From positions 67,272,001 through 67,336,000 of the forward strand of contig CM059438.1 in assembly GCA_030390025.1 (NCBI GenBank): a DNA stretch of 64,000 bases, read 5' to 3'. The notes beneath the pieces are model-generated. The model was given only the letters and a program-made list of their open reading frames with translations, was not told the DNA's origin and made no database searches. The translations under genes and the position numbers were made by a program. Within the stretch, counting starts at the first letter, position 1, and the number at the start of each line of letters is the position of its first letter. The DNA comes from Squalus acanthias. Its lineage: Eukaryota. Positions 13,778 through 25,891 of the stretch are shown piece after piece.

Positions 13778-14056
13778 GGGAAGAGCCGGAAATGAAATAG
13801 ATTTAAGGCCAGGGTAAAGCTGGGAAAAGGGGGAGGGGATAAAGGAACAAAGGGGGAGATGAAGTGACATTAAGAGACATTAAGAGATATGCAAGGCTAG
13901 AGGTGGTGTTAATGTGACAGATTAAGGCTGAATGAAGTGTGAAATCCACTGGCAGAATGAAGGACAGCTGCCAGCTTCTAGGAGGGAAAAAAAAGGTGGG
14001 GGGGGGACAAATAAAAGGGTGGATAAAATAAAATATAAATGTGATTGGAGCTGAGG

Positions 14057-16023
14057 TTATGATCTAAAATTGTTGAACTCGATATTGAGTCCAGAGGGCT
14101 GTAGCGTGTCTAAACGAAAGATGAGGTGCTGTTCCTCGAGCTTACGCTGAGCTTCCGTGGAACAGTGTAATAGGCCGAGGACGGTGAGGTCAGAGTGGGA
14201 GTGAAGCGGTGAATTAAAGTGACAGGCCACCGGGAGCTCGGGGTCCCCCTTACGGACTGAACGGAGGTGTTCCGCAAAGCGGTCACCCAATCTGCGTTTG
14301 GTCTCCCCAATGTAGAGGAGTCCACATCGTGAGCAGCGAATACAGTATACTAAATTGCAGGAAGTACAAGTAAATCGCTGTTTCACCTGGAAGGGGTGTT
14401 TGGGGCCCTGGACAGTGGGAAGAGGGGAGGTATAAGGGCATGTGTTGCATCTCCTGCGCGTGCACGGGAAGGTGCCGGGCGAAGGGGAAGGGGTGCTGGG
14501 GGTGGTAGAGGAGTGGACTAGGGTGTCGCGGAGGGAGCGGTCCCTACGGAATGCTGAAAGGGGAGGTGAGGGGAAGATGTGTTTGGTGGTGGGATCACGC
14601 TGGAGGTGGCGGAAATGGCGGAGGATGATCCGTTGAATGTGGAGGCTGGTGGGGTGAAAGGTGAGGACAAGGGGAACCCTATCGTGGTTCCGGGAGGGAG
14701 GGGCAGGGGTGAGGGCAGATGTGCGGGAGATAGAACGGACACGGTCGAGGGCCGTGTCGACCACGGTAGAGGGGAATCCTCGGTTGAGGAAAAAGGAAGA
14801 CATGTCGGAAGCACTGGTATGGAAGGTGGCATCATCAGAGCAGATGCGGCGGAGACGGAGAAACTGGGAGAATGGAATAGAGTCCTTACAGGAGGCGGGG
14901 TGGGAGGAAGTGTAGTCCAGGTAGCTGTGGGAGTCGGTGGGCTTGTAGTGAATGTTAGTCAATAACCTATCCCCAGAGATGGAGATGGAGAAGTCGAGGA
15001 AGGGAAGGGAAGAGTCGGAGATGGACCATGTGAAGGTGAGGGAAGGGTGGAAATTGGAAGCATAGTGAATGAAATGTTCTAGTTCAGGGCGAGAGCAGGA
15101 GACGGCACCGATACAGTCATCAATGTACCGGAAAAAGAGGTGAGGGAGGGGACCCGAGTAGGACTGGAACAAAGAGTGTTCCACATATCCCACGAAAAGG
15201 CAGGCATAGCTAGGACCCATGCGGGTACCCATAGCAACACCTTTAATTTGGAGGAAATGGGTAGAGTCAAAGGAGAAGTTGTTCAATGTGAGAACAAGTT
15301 CAGCCAGGCGGAGGAGGGTGGTGGTGGATGGGGACTGGTTGGGCCTCTGTTCAAGGAAGAAGCGGAGCGCCCTCAGGCCATCCTGGTGGGGAATGGAGGT
15401 GTAGAGGGATTGTACGTCCATAGTGAAGAGGAGACGGTTGGGGCCGGGAAACTGGAAACTGTTAAAATGGCGGAGGGCATCGGAAGAGTCGCGGATGTAG
15501 GTGGGAAGAGACTGGACAAGGGGAGAAAAAATAGAGTCGAGATAGGAAGAGATAAGTTCCGTGGGGCAAGAACAGGCTGAAACGATGGGTCTACCGGGGC
15601 AGTCCTGTTTGTGGATCTTGGGAAGGAGGTAGAAGCGGGCTGTGCGGTGTTGGGGAACTATGAGGTTGGCGGCCGTGGGGGGAAGATCTCCAGAGGAGAT
15701 GAGGTCAGTGACAGTCTTGGACACGGTGGCTTGATGTTCGGTAGTGGGGTCATGGTCCAGGTGGAGGTAGGAGGAGGTGTCAGAGAGTTGGCGTTCAACT
15801 TCCGCTAGGTAGAGGTCGGTTCGCCAAACAACAACAGCGCCACCCTTGTCAGCAGGTTTAATGACAATGTCAGGGTTGGATCGGAGAGAATGGAGTGCTG
15901 CAAGTTCAGAGGGAGGTAGGTTGGAGTGAGTGAGGGGAGCAGAGAAATTGAGCTGGCCGATGTCACGGCGGCAGTTAGCAATGAAAAGATCAAGAGAGGG
16001 TAAGAGGCCAGAGGGAGGGGTCC
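14057..16023 (-). CDS. Penelope RT + GIY-YIG endonuclease (open frame, 5'-truncated)
   Basis: Motifs IVIKPADKGG, FYLLPKIHK, GVAMG, FFRYIDD, NLVYCIRC..C..LYIGET, RFAEH. The frame stays open upstream of the listed ORF start at 15724 to the inverted repeat. Confidence 0.92.
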
Positions 16024-16222
16024 AGCTGGCAGCTGTCCTTCATTCTGCCAGTGGATTTCACACTTCATTCAGCCTTAATCTGTCACATTAACACCACCTC
16101 TAGCCTTGCATATCTCTTAATGTCTCTTAATGTCACTTCATCTCCCCCTTTGTTCCTTTATCCCCTCCCCCTTTTCCCAGCTTTACCCTGGCCTTAAATC
16201 TATTTGATTTCCGGCTCTTCCC

Positions 16223-16259
16223 AGTTCTGATGAAAGGTCATCGACCTGAAACGTTAACT
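16223..16259 (+). ncRNA. Minimal type I hammerhead ribozyme in the inverted pLTR
   Basis: AGTT/AACT stem I, CTGATGA core, AGGTC/GACCT stem II, GAAA, palindromic ACGT stem III, GUU cleavage triplet. Confidence 0.82.
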
Positions 16260-17207
16260 CTCTTTCTCTCTCCACGGATGCTGCCTGGCCTGCTGAGTTT
16301 TTCCAGCGTTTTCTATTGTTATTTAGGAAGCTTGCCATGCACAGTTGTAGCTGGATAAACTCCAGAATGTTCCTTGGTGTCCCTAATATTTTGTTCTTGC
16401 CATCCTATGCCTATGCTCTTGGCCTTGGGTAAGTCCCTTTTGGGGGGAGAAACTGTGTAGTGTATATCAGGAAAACAGAACATCTACCTGTGGCCATTCC
16501 TCAGTTGCTTGGTTTGGACATTTTTAGGTCTGTTAATGGGTACCCACAAGTAACACTCATCCAACTTAGAAAAAGAAAACTCCCTTCGATGTTGCTGCTG
16601 CCTTTTCTGATGATTCCTTCTGCTTTTTAGTGAGAAATGCAGGTGAAGGGCATCACCAGGGTTGAAAAGGACACACGAGAAATCAAGAAATGTTTTGGAA
16701 CCTTCACTGATTGTGACTCAGATAAAACTAATCCAGAGATTCTGTTTACCACAAGCCCTGTCTCCATTTCTGATAATTCCCATCTCCCTTCAAAAATCCC
16801 CAAATAAAGCAGGGAGATCAGTGCATAATCCTTGGTTTAATCATAGCGGTGTTATCTTACCTCATCTCATTGCGCTCAATTGTGTTGTAATGGGTCAATG
16901 AAGGTTTAAAATATCAACCAAAATCATTTTAAGTGGCGATGAGAACAGACATGAACATCCACTGGATGACATCAGGTTTTCCATTTTTTTTTTAATACGT
17001 AGCTTTAAACTGGGGATGCACTCCGATCTCTAATTTACATTATTTTTGACTTATATTAAATCATTGTGATTTTAGTTCAGTGGCTCATGCAGCATTGCTG
17101 GGTACATGGCCTTGTGTTAAGCTTTTAGCACTGTGATTTAGTATCAGTTAGGTGTGCATTTGCTTCTAGCTTTCTTATGGGATCTCAATGAGCCCAAAAG
17201 TGAAAAT

Positions 17208-17697
17208 CATAAGAACATAAGAAAGAAATAGGAGCAGGAGTAGATCATAAGGCCCTTCGAGCCTGCTCCAATATTCAATAAGATCATGGCTGATCTTCTA
17301 CCTCATCTCCACTTTCCTGCACTATCCCCATATCCCTTGATTCCCTTAATATCCAAAAATCTATCGATCTCTGTCTTGAATATACTCAACGACTGAGCCT
17401 ACACAGCCCTCTGGGGTAGAGAATTCCAAAGATTCACCACCCTCTGAGTAAAGAAATTTCTCCTCATCTCAGTCCTAAATGGCCGTCCCCTTATTCTGAG
17501 ACTGTGACCCCTGGTTCTAGACTCCCCAGCCAGGGGAAACGTCCTCCCTGCATCTACCCTGTCAAGCCCTGTAAGAATTTTGTATGTTTCAATGAGATCA
17601 CCTCTCATTCATCTAAACTCCAGAGAATATAGGCCTAGTCTACTCAATCTCTCCTCATAGGACAATCCCCCCAACCCAGGAACCAGTCTGGTGAACT
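17208..17697 (-). mobile_element. CR1 LINE 3' fragment with tail
   Basis: MRGDLIETYKILTGLDRVD...FFTQRVVNLWNSLP and a (CATAAGAA)n tail. Confidence 0.9.
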
Positions 17698-18323
17698 GAA
17701 CCATTGTTTCTACAATGAATGTAAGCCTTGTTGTAATGCTATTATCCAGAAATATTTTTTGTTTTCATAATTTCATAATTATTAACTCCTGTGCGTTCTT
17801 GTCACATAAGATGAGAATTTGTGGTGGTAAACATGTTGTTGCAAAACCAATGGCATTCTGATCATCTGGACCGTGCCAGACGGGTTGTAATAATAACAAT
17901 GGATTTGAATGAGCACCGGTAAAGTCGTCATTAAAGCCATGTTGATGCTTCACAAGCCCAAGTGGTAAACAAAGGGCTAGAAATTCATTATAGCCAAGGA
18001 ATGGGTGGTGTCAATAGAAAAGTTGGGGAATTAGCGCCAGGCGCAAATGTTTTAGACTGCACGCAAAATTTATGCTCATTGCTCAATAAAATGATTGGAG
18101 TCCTCAATCAAGTCTTAAAGCCCAAAATCATTGATGTTACACTCAAAGGGTGGTCCAATATTGGGTGCAGTCCAATCACAACTCATCATTGCCACAGGCT
18201 TTTTTCACTTCTTAAAGGGGAGGTTCATTGATGCTCATTCTCAGCATTGCTGGCTGTGCAGCTGCCTCAGCAAGCAGAAGCAGAACAAGGAGAAGGAACA
18301 AGAGGACTGAACCAGGCGTGCTC

Positions 18324-20229
18324 ATGGCAGGTGCACACCCCAGGGAGAGAGCCCGCAGATTCTCAGATGAAGCATTAGAGGCATTGGTTTTCGCTGTGGA
18401 GAGATGGAGGGTGGTGCTCTACCCGACAAGTGGCAGGAGGCCCTCGTCACAAGTCTTCCGCACCATGTGGAGGGAGGTAGTACAGCACGTCTCGGGCAGC
18501 ACTGTGGTCCCCAGGACCCGCACACAGTGCAGGAAGAAATTTAATGACCTCACTTGGGTGGTCAGGGTGAGTGAATGCTTCAACAAATGCTACATACCAC
18601 CATCTGTACCATAATCTTCACACACTGCCCAAAGCACCAACCCCCAGCACTCATCCACCAACAATCTCTACCTAGCAACACTCACACCCATATCTCCCAC
18701 CTAGCACACAATGACAGCTGTTCAACTATGGCAGGCACATCACCCAAACACATTGCTCCACACTCACACACACACTTTCCTTTCTCTTGCAGGACAAGGT
18801 GGCACACTACAGGAGGGAGCAGGAGCACACAGGCGGGGGACAAGCCGACACCCAACCACTGTCTGTGCTGGAGAATCGAGTGCTGCAAATCATTGGCTGA
18901 CAGGTGGTAGACGCCATGGCCACCGGCGACGTTGACCCCCTTGGGGACAACAACGGTATGTTCATCCCTACTCCTTCTTCTCACATCCCACTTCCCTCTC
19001 ACCCGACAAGCGTTTCGCACTTTCCAGCTAATCATGCTGTATGCATGCATTTCTCCCTTCCTGTCCCCCTCCCCTCACCTTAACCTGACTCTTGTGCCTT
19101 TATTCTTTCAAATAATCAGCAAGCACCTGAGCAGCCTGTCCCTGAGGGAACCATAGAGAGCGAGGGGGGAGAAGAGGAGGAGGAAGAACACACCACGTCA
19201 CTACATTTCTCACCCGCAGATACCAGCTCAGATACTGGCACTACGCGTTCTTTAGAGGCTAGCATAGTAGTGGGATCTGCACAGGGTGAGGCACTGGGGA
19301 TGAGTGGGCTACAGCAAGGGAAGGGGAAAAGGGTAGCTCGGGGGCCAGCTCCCTCTAGGGCAAGTTCACGCGCGAACTCTGCTGCACAGGACTCAGATGA
19401 GGACCTCAATGGGGAGGCATTTAGAAGAAGTGTGATGGGCATGCACACAGAGATGATAGGTGCAACGGCAAGTGTGCCCGAGAGCCTCTCGGCAATGGTA
19501 AGGAGCATGGAGGAGTCCACCTCCAACATTGCACAAGGCTCTGCGCACACCATGGAGCCCATCATTTCCAGTCTGCAAAGGATGGTGGACTCCCAGAGAG
19601 ACCGTGGCGACCCAGACCTGATGCTGCGTGTGATGGACGATCTGGCAGCTTCCATTGCAGCACAGGTGGAAGCGACGCAATGTCTTAGTGCTGTAATGCA
19701 GTCTATGCTTGGTGGCATCCAATCTCAGACTGCTCTCATGCAGTCTCAGCTTGATGCCACTCAAGCTCTGACTGCTGCCATCTTGGCTGGGTCTACCACC
19801 GTCGATCCGAGCTTTCATGGTGTCACAGCAGGCCAGCAATCTGTGCTCCAACTGATTGCTAAGGATGCTAAGGTGCTGCCCTGGGGGAGTGGCAGTGGGT
19901 CAGTGGAGCAGGAGCCTGCTGTCCTCTCTCAGGATGAAAGCATTCTTGCTCCCACTACTGCCACTCCACCATTGCCCTTGTCGCTGCCTGTCATCCAGCC
20001 AGCCCAGACTGCTGCCGCCCATGCTGAGATGGTGCAGTCTACAGCCGGGCCTTCCAGGTCCAGAGCTGGTCGAGGGCATCCTGCAAGGCCATCTGAAGTC
20101 TCCCGCACGGACACTCAGCAGCCTTCCACCAGCCGTGCTGCAGCCACTGGGCCAGCACTTCATAGGAGCACTAGAGTAGGCAAAGGCACAGTAACGAGAG
20201 GCACTAAGGGATTGCACAAGGGTGAATAG
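18324..20229 (+). pseudogene. Harbinger Myb/SANT-like DNA-binding gene, about 3 exons (18324-18566, 18793-18955, ~19120-20229)
   Basis: RFSDEALEALV...WREV...RTRTQCRKKFNDL trihelix motif. Splice signals: GTGAGT donor 18567, TTGCAG acceptor 18792, GTATGT donor 18956. Premature TGA near 18898. Confidence 0.75.
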
Positions 20230-20389
20230 TTAATATTTTTGGTGTAAATATATGTTCTCTGATTTTTGATAAATTTATTAATTCAGTTTGGATTCTTTTG
20301 TGATAACTCTCATTTCAGCTTTGCGCTGTGATATGGCCTGTGACAGGGATGGAATAATGGGGATGTGGTGAGCAACGGGGATCTGGGGT

Positions 20390-21322
20390 TTAACTCATTC
20401 GAACTGCTGTCTGATGAGGCGATCACGGACTGCCCTTCTGGAAGGCCAATTGAGTGGCTGCCTCCTCTCTCACTCCTGTTCCTCCTCCTCCTCCTCATTG
20501 TCCTCCTCGTCTTCCACTTCCTCCTCGTCCTCCTCCTCCTCCTCTCCCTCTTCCTCCTCCTGAGGTGCTCCTGCAATCCCTGGTGGCAAAGGCTGGGCCC
20601 TCATGATGGCCAAGTTGTGGAGCATGCAGCAGACCACCACGAAATGGGACACCCGCTCAGCTGAGTACTGGCGGGCTCCTCCAGAGCGGTCAAGGCAGCG
20701 GAACCATTGCTTCAGTAGGCTGATGGTCTGCTCGATGATGCTCCTGGTTGCAGCATGGCTCTCATTATATGAGTGCTGGGCAGGAATGTTGGGTTGCGCA
20801 GGGGAGTCATGAGCCAGGTGGAGAGTTGATAGCCCTGGTCTCTGACCAGCCAGCCGCGAGCTTGACGTGGTGACGGGAAGAGATCTGACACACTGGTCTG
20901 GCGCAGGATGAAGGCATGGTGGCTGCTGCCAGGTTAGCGGGCATTGACGGTGAGGATTCTATGTGCGTGGTCGCACACCAACTGCACATTAAGTGAGTGG
21001 TAGCCTTTGCAGTTATGGAAGATCTCAAGACTGTTATGCGGTGCCCGCAAAGTCATGTGGGTGCAGTCAATGGCGCCTTGCACCATGGGGAATCCCGCTA
21101 TCTTGGCAAAGCCACATGCACGCTCGCCCTGCTTCTCTCTGGTGATGGGGAAGGAAATGTAGTCCCTTCTCCTACTGTAGAGAGCCTCTGTGACCTCCCG
21201 GAGGCAGCGATGGATGGCGAACTGCGAGATGCTAGCTATGTCTCCTGTTGCAGACAGGAAGGATCCGCTGGCGAAGAAATTGAGGGTGATAGTGACCTTG
21301 TCTGCCACTGAGAGAGCCTTGG
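20390..21322 (-). pseudogene. Harbinger (HARBI1-like) DDE transposase, 3' part, disrupted
   Basis: KVTITLNFFASGSF, GAIDCTH, KGYHSLNVQLVCD, CCMLHN, acidic tail; contains stops and frameshifts. Confidence 0.88.
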
Positions 21323-22438
21323 TGTAAGGGTTTTGTGTGGCACGCCTGAGGCTCTGTGCGTAGCCTGGGTGCTAGTGCGGGGTTAGGCCTTGTTGCCTGT
21401 TCTGGTCTCCAGCCAGCCTGATAACACTAGACACCTGTGAGTGGTTCGACCCACTCGCCCTTACGGTTCTGACACTGGACTTAGATGCGAGAGCAATAAT
21501 GCAGAGAAAACTCAGGTAGACCCGGTTGAATAGTGCGAAATGGAAAATCTTTATTGCATATTATTCAAGATTACGAAATACATGTCATAAGCACAGATTA
21601 ATGACAGTACAATCTTACACGCAGTTATGTAACTAATTTTAGGGAAACGAGGAGCGCACGACACATCGAAAAAGGGGGCACACATTACAATTATCCTTAA
21701 AACTTAAACCCTCCCCTATCAATACCTGACCTAAACTAGATTTGTAGGATCGAGACTCATGCTCACCACTCGTGATAACTCGGAGAATTCCGAAACTCTG
21801 CTCGGATGTTTTTCCCGTAGCACCTGACCACCCACGTGTTGATCAGGGGTCTCTGTACCCCACTTGTTTACTCGTTTCTGCTCCGGCTAGCAGGCTGGAC
21901 CGTCTGCTGTCATGAAGATCTGTGTTGTCCTCGGAGTTCCGACACGACTCAAAAAATAGTCTTCCTGTGCCCTCGCCCCGATGCGATAAAACTCGAAGAA
22001 TGGTCTTCCGATGCCAGTTCTGTAAAACTCAAAAGATAGTCTTCCTGGGCAAGGAAAGTGTCTATTCGACCTACAGGCGCGGTCGGGGCTTACTGACCGT
22101 GGCGATACGTATGGTCGTCTTCTTCTCTTCTCATCTCATCTCATCTCATCTCGGGCCTTCGGTTCCAACACCGTTTACCGACTTCTCGGGATGGTGTGCC
22201 CGTTTCAAGGCTTCACAGCCCGGTTCCACACAGATCTTCGCGGCAAGCCACGAGGCTGATCCTGGCGGATCAGAAAGTTCGATAGTCTTCTAGCAAGTCG
22301 AGCAGCAAGGAGTCAAGAGACAGCGTCGCAGGCGGAGAGGCAAGAGGATAAGAGAAAGATGGACGGTTGGAGCTTACAGTTATAGTGCTGAAATTCCCCT
22401 CTTCCTGCCCAATCTTAATGTCTTTTCTTTTGTCAGGG
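21323..22438 (-). repeat. Provirus B 3' LTR, distal part
   Basis: Near-identical to 45650-46767; split by provirus A. Confidence 0.93.
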
Positions 22439-24078
22439 TGTAGAATTCGCAATATATCGCGATTTTATTAATAAGGAGAAAACACAGAGTCTCGTTCAAA
22501 CAGCTTTTATTTCAGCAGAATGCTGTCAGGTTTCTCAAAGTGGACACAAGCAGCCTGTAAAATGGCCGCCGCACCTCGTGACAGAACATTCTAGACTTTT
22601 CGACAGGCAGACAAGATGGCGTTCCAATAAACATTTGTGCAAGATCGATTAAGATTCAGCACAGTGAAGATAATACACGAGACATTATGGGTTTGCAGTA
22701 TACACATAAATACTGAAATCGGTCTCCCAGGTACGAATGAAAGCTATTGTACCGAGTAATCAAGGGCCCATCCAAAATACATTAATATGTAAAATCCCAA
22801 CGACTCTACGATGAGAGAGCCGTTAGCAGGTAGTTATACAAAACAATTGGAAGCCCCAAGACCCCTCCAGGGAGAACACCGACCGATTTAACAATGGGAG
22901 AAATATTAACAGGTACTCAGACAGTTACGAGTAGCCCCGAAACCCATTAAGAACGGAGATCACCCATACAAGACATTTGAGCGCCAAACCCAAACAAAAG
23001 AAAGGACATTAAGGTTGAGCGGGAAACGGAAGATTTTGTACTATAATTACAAGCTCCAACCATCCATTTTTCTCTTATTCTCTTATCCGATCGACTCGTA
23101 ACCTCGTGGCTGCTCCTGTGTTTTGACTCGTAGTCTTGTGCCTGCTTGCCTGGTGCCTCTTTGAAAAAGACTGTTGAACTTTCTGATCCATTCGGATCTA
23201 CCTCGTGTCGCGTAACGAAGACCTATGTTGGTAACTGGCATCGGAACCAAAGGCCCGAGATGAGATGAGATGAGATGAGATGAGATGAGAAGAGAGGAAG
23301 ACCATACTCATCGCCACGGTCAGTAAATCCCGACCGTGCCTGTAGGTCGAACAGCCAAGTTTTCCTTGCCAGGAAGACTTCTTTGAACTTGCAAGAACGG
23401 ATCGTCAAAGATGATATTGACTGGGCTGTATTCGGAAAGTACCTGTTAAACCAACCAACACAGATCTTCATCACAGCAGACGGTCCAGCCTGCTAGCCGG
23501 AGCAGAAGCAAGTAAACAAGTGGGACCAGGAGACCTCCTGATCGACACGTGGGTGCTGCGGTGAAAAACATCCGATCAGCTATTCGGAATTTCTCCGAGT
23601 TATCACGAGTGGTGAGCATGAGTCTCGAAATCCTACGAATCTAGCTAGGACAGATATTGATAGGGGAGGGTTTAAGTATTAAGGATACTTGTAATGTGTG
23701 CCCCTATTTACGGTGTGTCGTTCGTTCCTCGTTTCCCTAGGATCAGCTATATAACTGCTTGTAAGATTGTACTGTCATTAATCTGTGCTTATGACATGTA
23801 TTTCGTAATCTTAAATATCATGCAATAAAGATTTTCCATTTCGTACCATTCAACCGAGTCTACATGAGTTTCATCTCCATTACTGCTCTCGCATCTAAGT
23901 CCAGTGTCTAGAACCGTAAGGGCGAGTGATTCGAACCACTCACAGGTGTGTCTAGTGCTCCCAGACTGGCTGGAGACCAGAACAGGCAACAAGGCCTAAA
24001 CCCGCACTGACATACAGGCTGCACAGAGCCGCGTGAATCTCACAGGCTGCGAGACACGCAGGGTCAGAATCCCTTACA
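22439..24078 (+). repeat. Provirus A 5' LTR (1640 bp)
   Basis: TGTAGAA...CTTACA; direct repeat of 37419-39053; AATAAA at 23824; internal (TGAGA)n. Confidence 0.95.
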
Positions 24079-24082
24079 GAAA

Positions 24083-25891
24083 ATGGCGACCGCGGCAGGA
24101 CACTGGCAGCGAGAGGGTAGTGTGTTAGACTTTGGAATGACTGTACGAAATGTTATGCAGGAAAATATAGCAGATTATGTGTTCGGAAAGGTTAATCTAA
24201 CTAAGAAATGGATAAGTGAATTGTTAGCGGATAAAAGCCCGCTAGAGGCAGCCGAAAGGTGGACAGATAGTAAAGAACATAAAAAGACACTCGAGAAAGC
24301 AGTCTGGCTTATGTGTTACAAAAGGCAGGTTCAGATTTCAAACCAGACCATTACAGCGCTAGTAGCTCGAATCAGTCATTTAGAGGGAGAAATGGATGAG
24401 AAGGTTTCTGGAGGGGAAATGCTCATTAAGAATTTAAGTGCGTTGCACCAAGAACGCCAGGAAATCTCCAGTCACCATAAAACAAGGATAGATTACCTCG
24501 AGTGCCAGGTCACTGAGGCAAAGTTAAATGAGAGCAGGTTAAAGGAAAGATGTGCCCGCCAAGCTGCCCAGATAAGAACTCAGGAAGAGAGCTTAACGGG
24601 GGTTAGGGCGGCATATAAGTTGGCCCTTGAGGATAAGTTTCAGGGAGCCGATCATAGCGCCTGCCAAAAAGAGATAGAGCACCTCAAAAAGGCCGTGAAC
24701 AAAGCGCACGGCATGGTGTGCCTTATCAGTCCGTCAGCACACCAGCCGCTAGTAAGTGAGAAGTTTAAGAAATCCCCACCAAGTAAAGCAGAGGAAGTAG
24801 TAGCCACTGCGCCCTCCGCGCCACCCAGCTATTCGGAAACCTGGGTTAGGGAGGAAGCAATGGAAGAAACGAAAGAGCCCATTGAGAAAGAAGTGGAAAA
24901 GGGACCGTTGTATCCAGTAACGGGTATTAAAAGGGGCCCAAACAGAAACGGTGGGGAAGAACCAGGGGATCTCCTCGGACAGCTTGTATTGCCTCACAGT
25001 TCACATCAGCTGAGAGCTATGATAAATCACGTACGGAAGCTGACCGAGTCAGACGACCCTTCCGTACATTTCAGAGAAGTTGAGCAAGCCGCAGCCATTA
25101 ACGGCTGCGATGATGGGGAAACAGCAAAAATGCTGCTGTTCTCATTAGACAGCTCGGTCCTTCAGTGTCTCTCAGGCGAGAGCAAGAGGGGAACCAAGAC
25201 TTATGAGGCATTAAAGAATGAGGTCCTGGAAGTGTTGGGGGCGAACGATGAAGGTCCGTTTGCTAGAGTGGGACAGACAGTGCAGATGGAGGGAGAACCC
25301 CCAAAGGTTTTTGCCGACAGGCTGTGGCCAGTATATGAGCGCAGCTGTCTAGGAGCGCCCGAGCGCGAAGATGTGGAAGGCGCCGGTTTAGCTCATTGGC
25401 TTAGGTGCATAATAGCCAACAGTTTACCAGCCGTCAGAGAGCAGGCAAAAGCATGGTTTGATCCCAATGACCCCAACATTACGGAAGAGTCGGTCTTGAA
25501 TCGACTCACGTTAGGATATCGCAATATAAGGGGTATGGCAACACGTCCCCTTAAGGGAAAAGTAAATGAGGTACGACCCGCAGCCCCGTATCAAAGAGAG
25601 TGGCATCAGGAGGGTAATCGCGCCCCACAGGCAAGTAATGCTTGTTACGGGTGTGGGAAGACAGGGCACTGGCGCAAGCATTGCAGGAACCCTTGGAAAG
25701 ATTCCAAGGATAAAAATCCCGCGGTCCGAGCCCAGGCGCCTGTCCCGGCTAGGGAAGCTAATGCACCCACCCCTCCCGACGACCTCGAAGTAGTGTTAGG
25801 AGCCGTGCGCAATCTATTGAGTGCACATGGAAAGGTGGCGGTCGCAACCGGCCCCGTAGGTGCCGCAGGACCGTCTAATAGTACCCCATGA
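24083..25891 (+). CDS. gag: Gag (coiled-coil region, PSAPPSY late domain, capsid-like region, CCHC zinc knuckle)
   Basis: 602-aa ORF directly after the LTR; CYGCGKTGHWRKHC knuckle; homologue in provirus B. Confidence 0.92.
   Translation: MATAAGHWQREGSVLDFGMTVRNVMQENIADYVFGKVNLTKKWISELLADKSPLEAAERWTDSKEHKKTLEKAVWLMCYKRQVQISNQTITALVARISHLEGEMDEKVSGGEMLIKNLSALHQERQEISSHHKTRIDYLECQVTEAKLNESRLKERCARQAAQIRTQEESLTGVRAAYKLALEDKFQGADHSACQKEIEHLKKAVNKAHGMVCLISPSAHQPLVSEKFKKSPPSKAEEVVATAPSAPPSYSETWVREEAMEETKEPIEKEVEKGPLYPVTGIKRGPNRNGGEEPGDLLGQLVLPHSSHQLRAMINHVRKLTESDDPSVHFREVEQAAAINGCDDGETAKMLLFSLDSSVLQCLSGESKRGTKTYEALKNEVLEVLGANDEGPFARVGQTVQMEGEPPKVFADRLWPVYERSCLGAPEREDVEGAGLAHWLRCIIANSLPAVREQAKAWFDPNDPNITEESVLNRLTLGYRNIRGMATRPLKGKVNEVRPAAPYQREWHQEGNRAPQASNACYGCGKTGHWRKHCRNPWKDSKDKNPAVRAQAPVPAREANAPTPPDDLEVVLGAVRNLLSAHGKVAVATGPVGAAGPSNSTP
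24084..24101 (+). promoter_or_regulatory. Primer-binding site, tRNA-Arg(TCG)-like
   Basis: TGGCGACCGCGGCAGGAC, 5 nt after the LTR. It is complementary to the 3' end ...GTCCTGCCGCGGTCG-CCA of vertebrate tRNA-Arg-TCG as recalled. Confidence 0.82.

Larger units (their letters stand above)
13642..16324 (-). mobile_element. Penelope-like retroelement, 5'-truncated, with inverted pseudo-LTRs
   Basis: 14-bp TSD AGGAAGCTTGCCAT at 13628-13641 and 16325-16338; 301-bp inverted repeat 13676-13976 / 16024-16324; RT plus GIY-YIG ORF. Confidence 0.93.

Noticed and set aside
21836..23992. Short ORFs inside the LTRs that recur at 38063-39297 and 46135-47007
   Set aside because: The recurrence reflects LTR duplication only; the frames are not conserved between the A and B LTR types.
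21323..24078. Head-to-head LTRs as a DIRS-like inverted-repeat element or a single bidirectional virus
   Set aside because: The AGGG TSD and exact restoration of B's LTR show simple nesting; there is no tyrosine recombinase.
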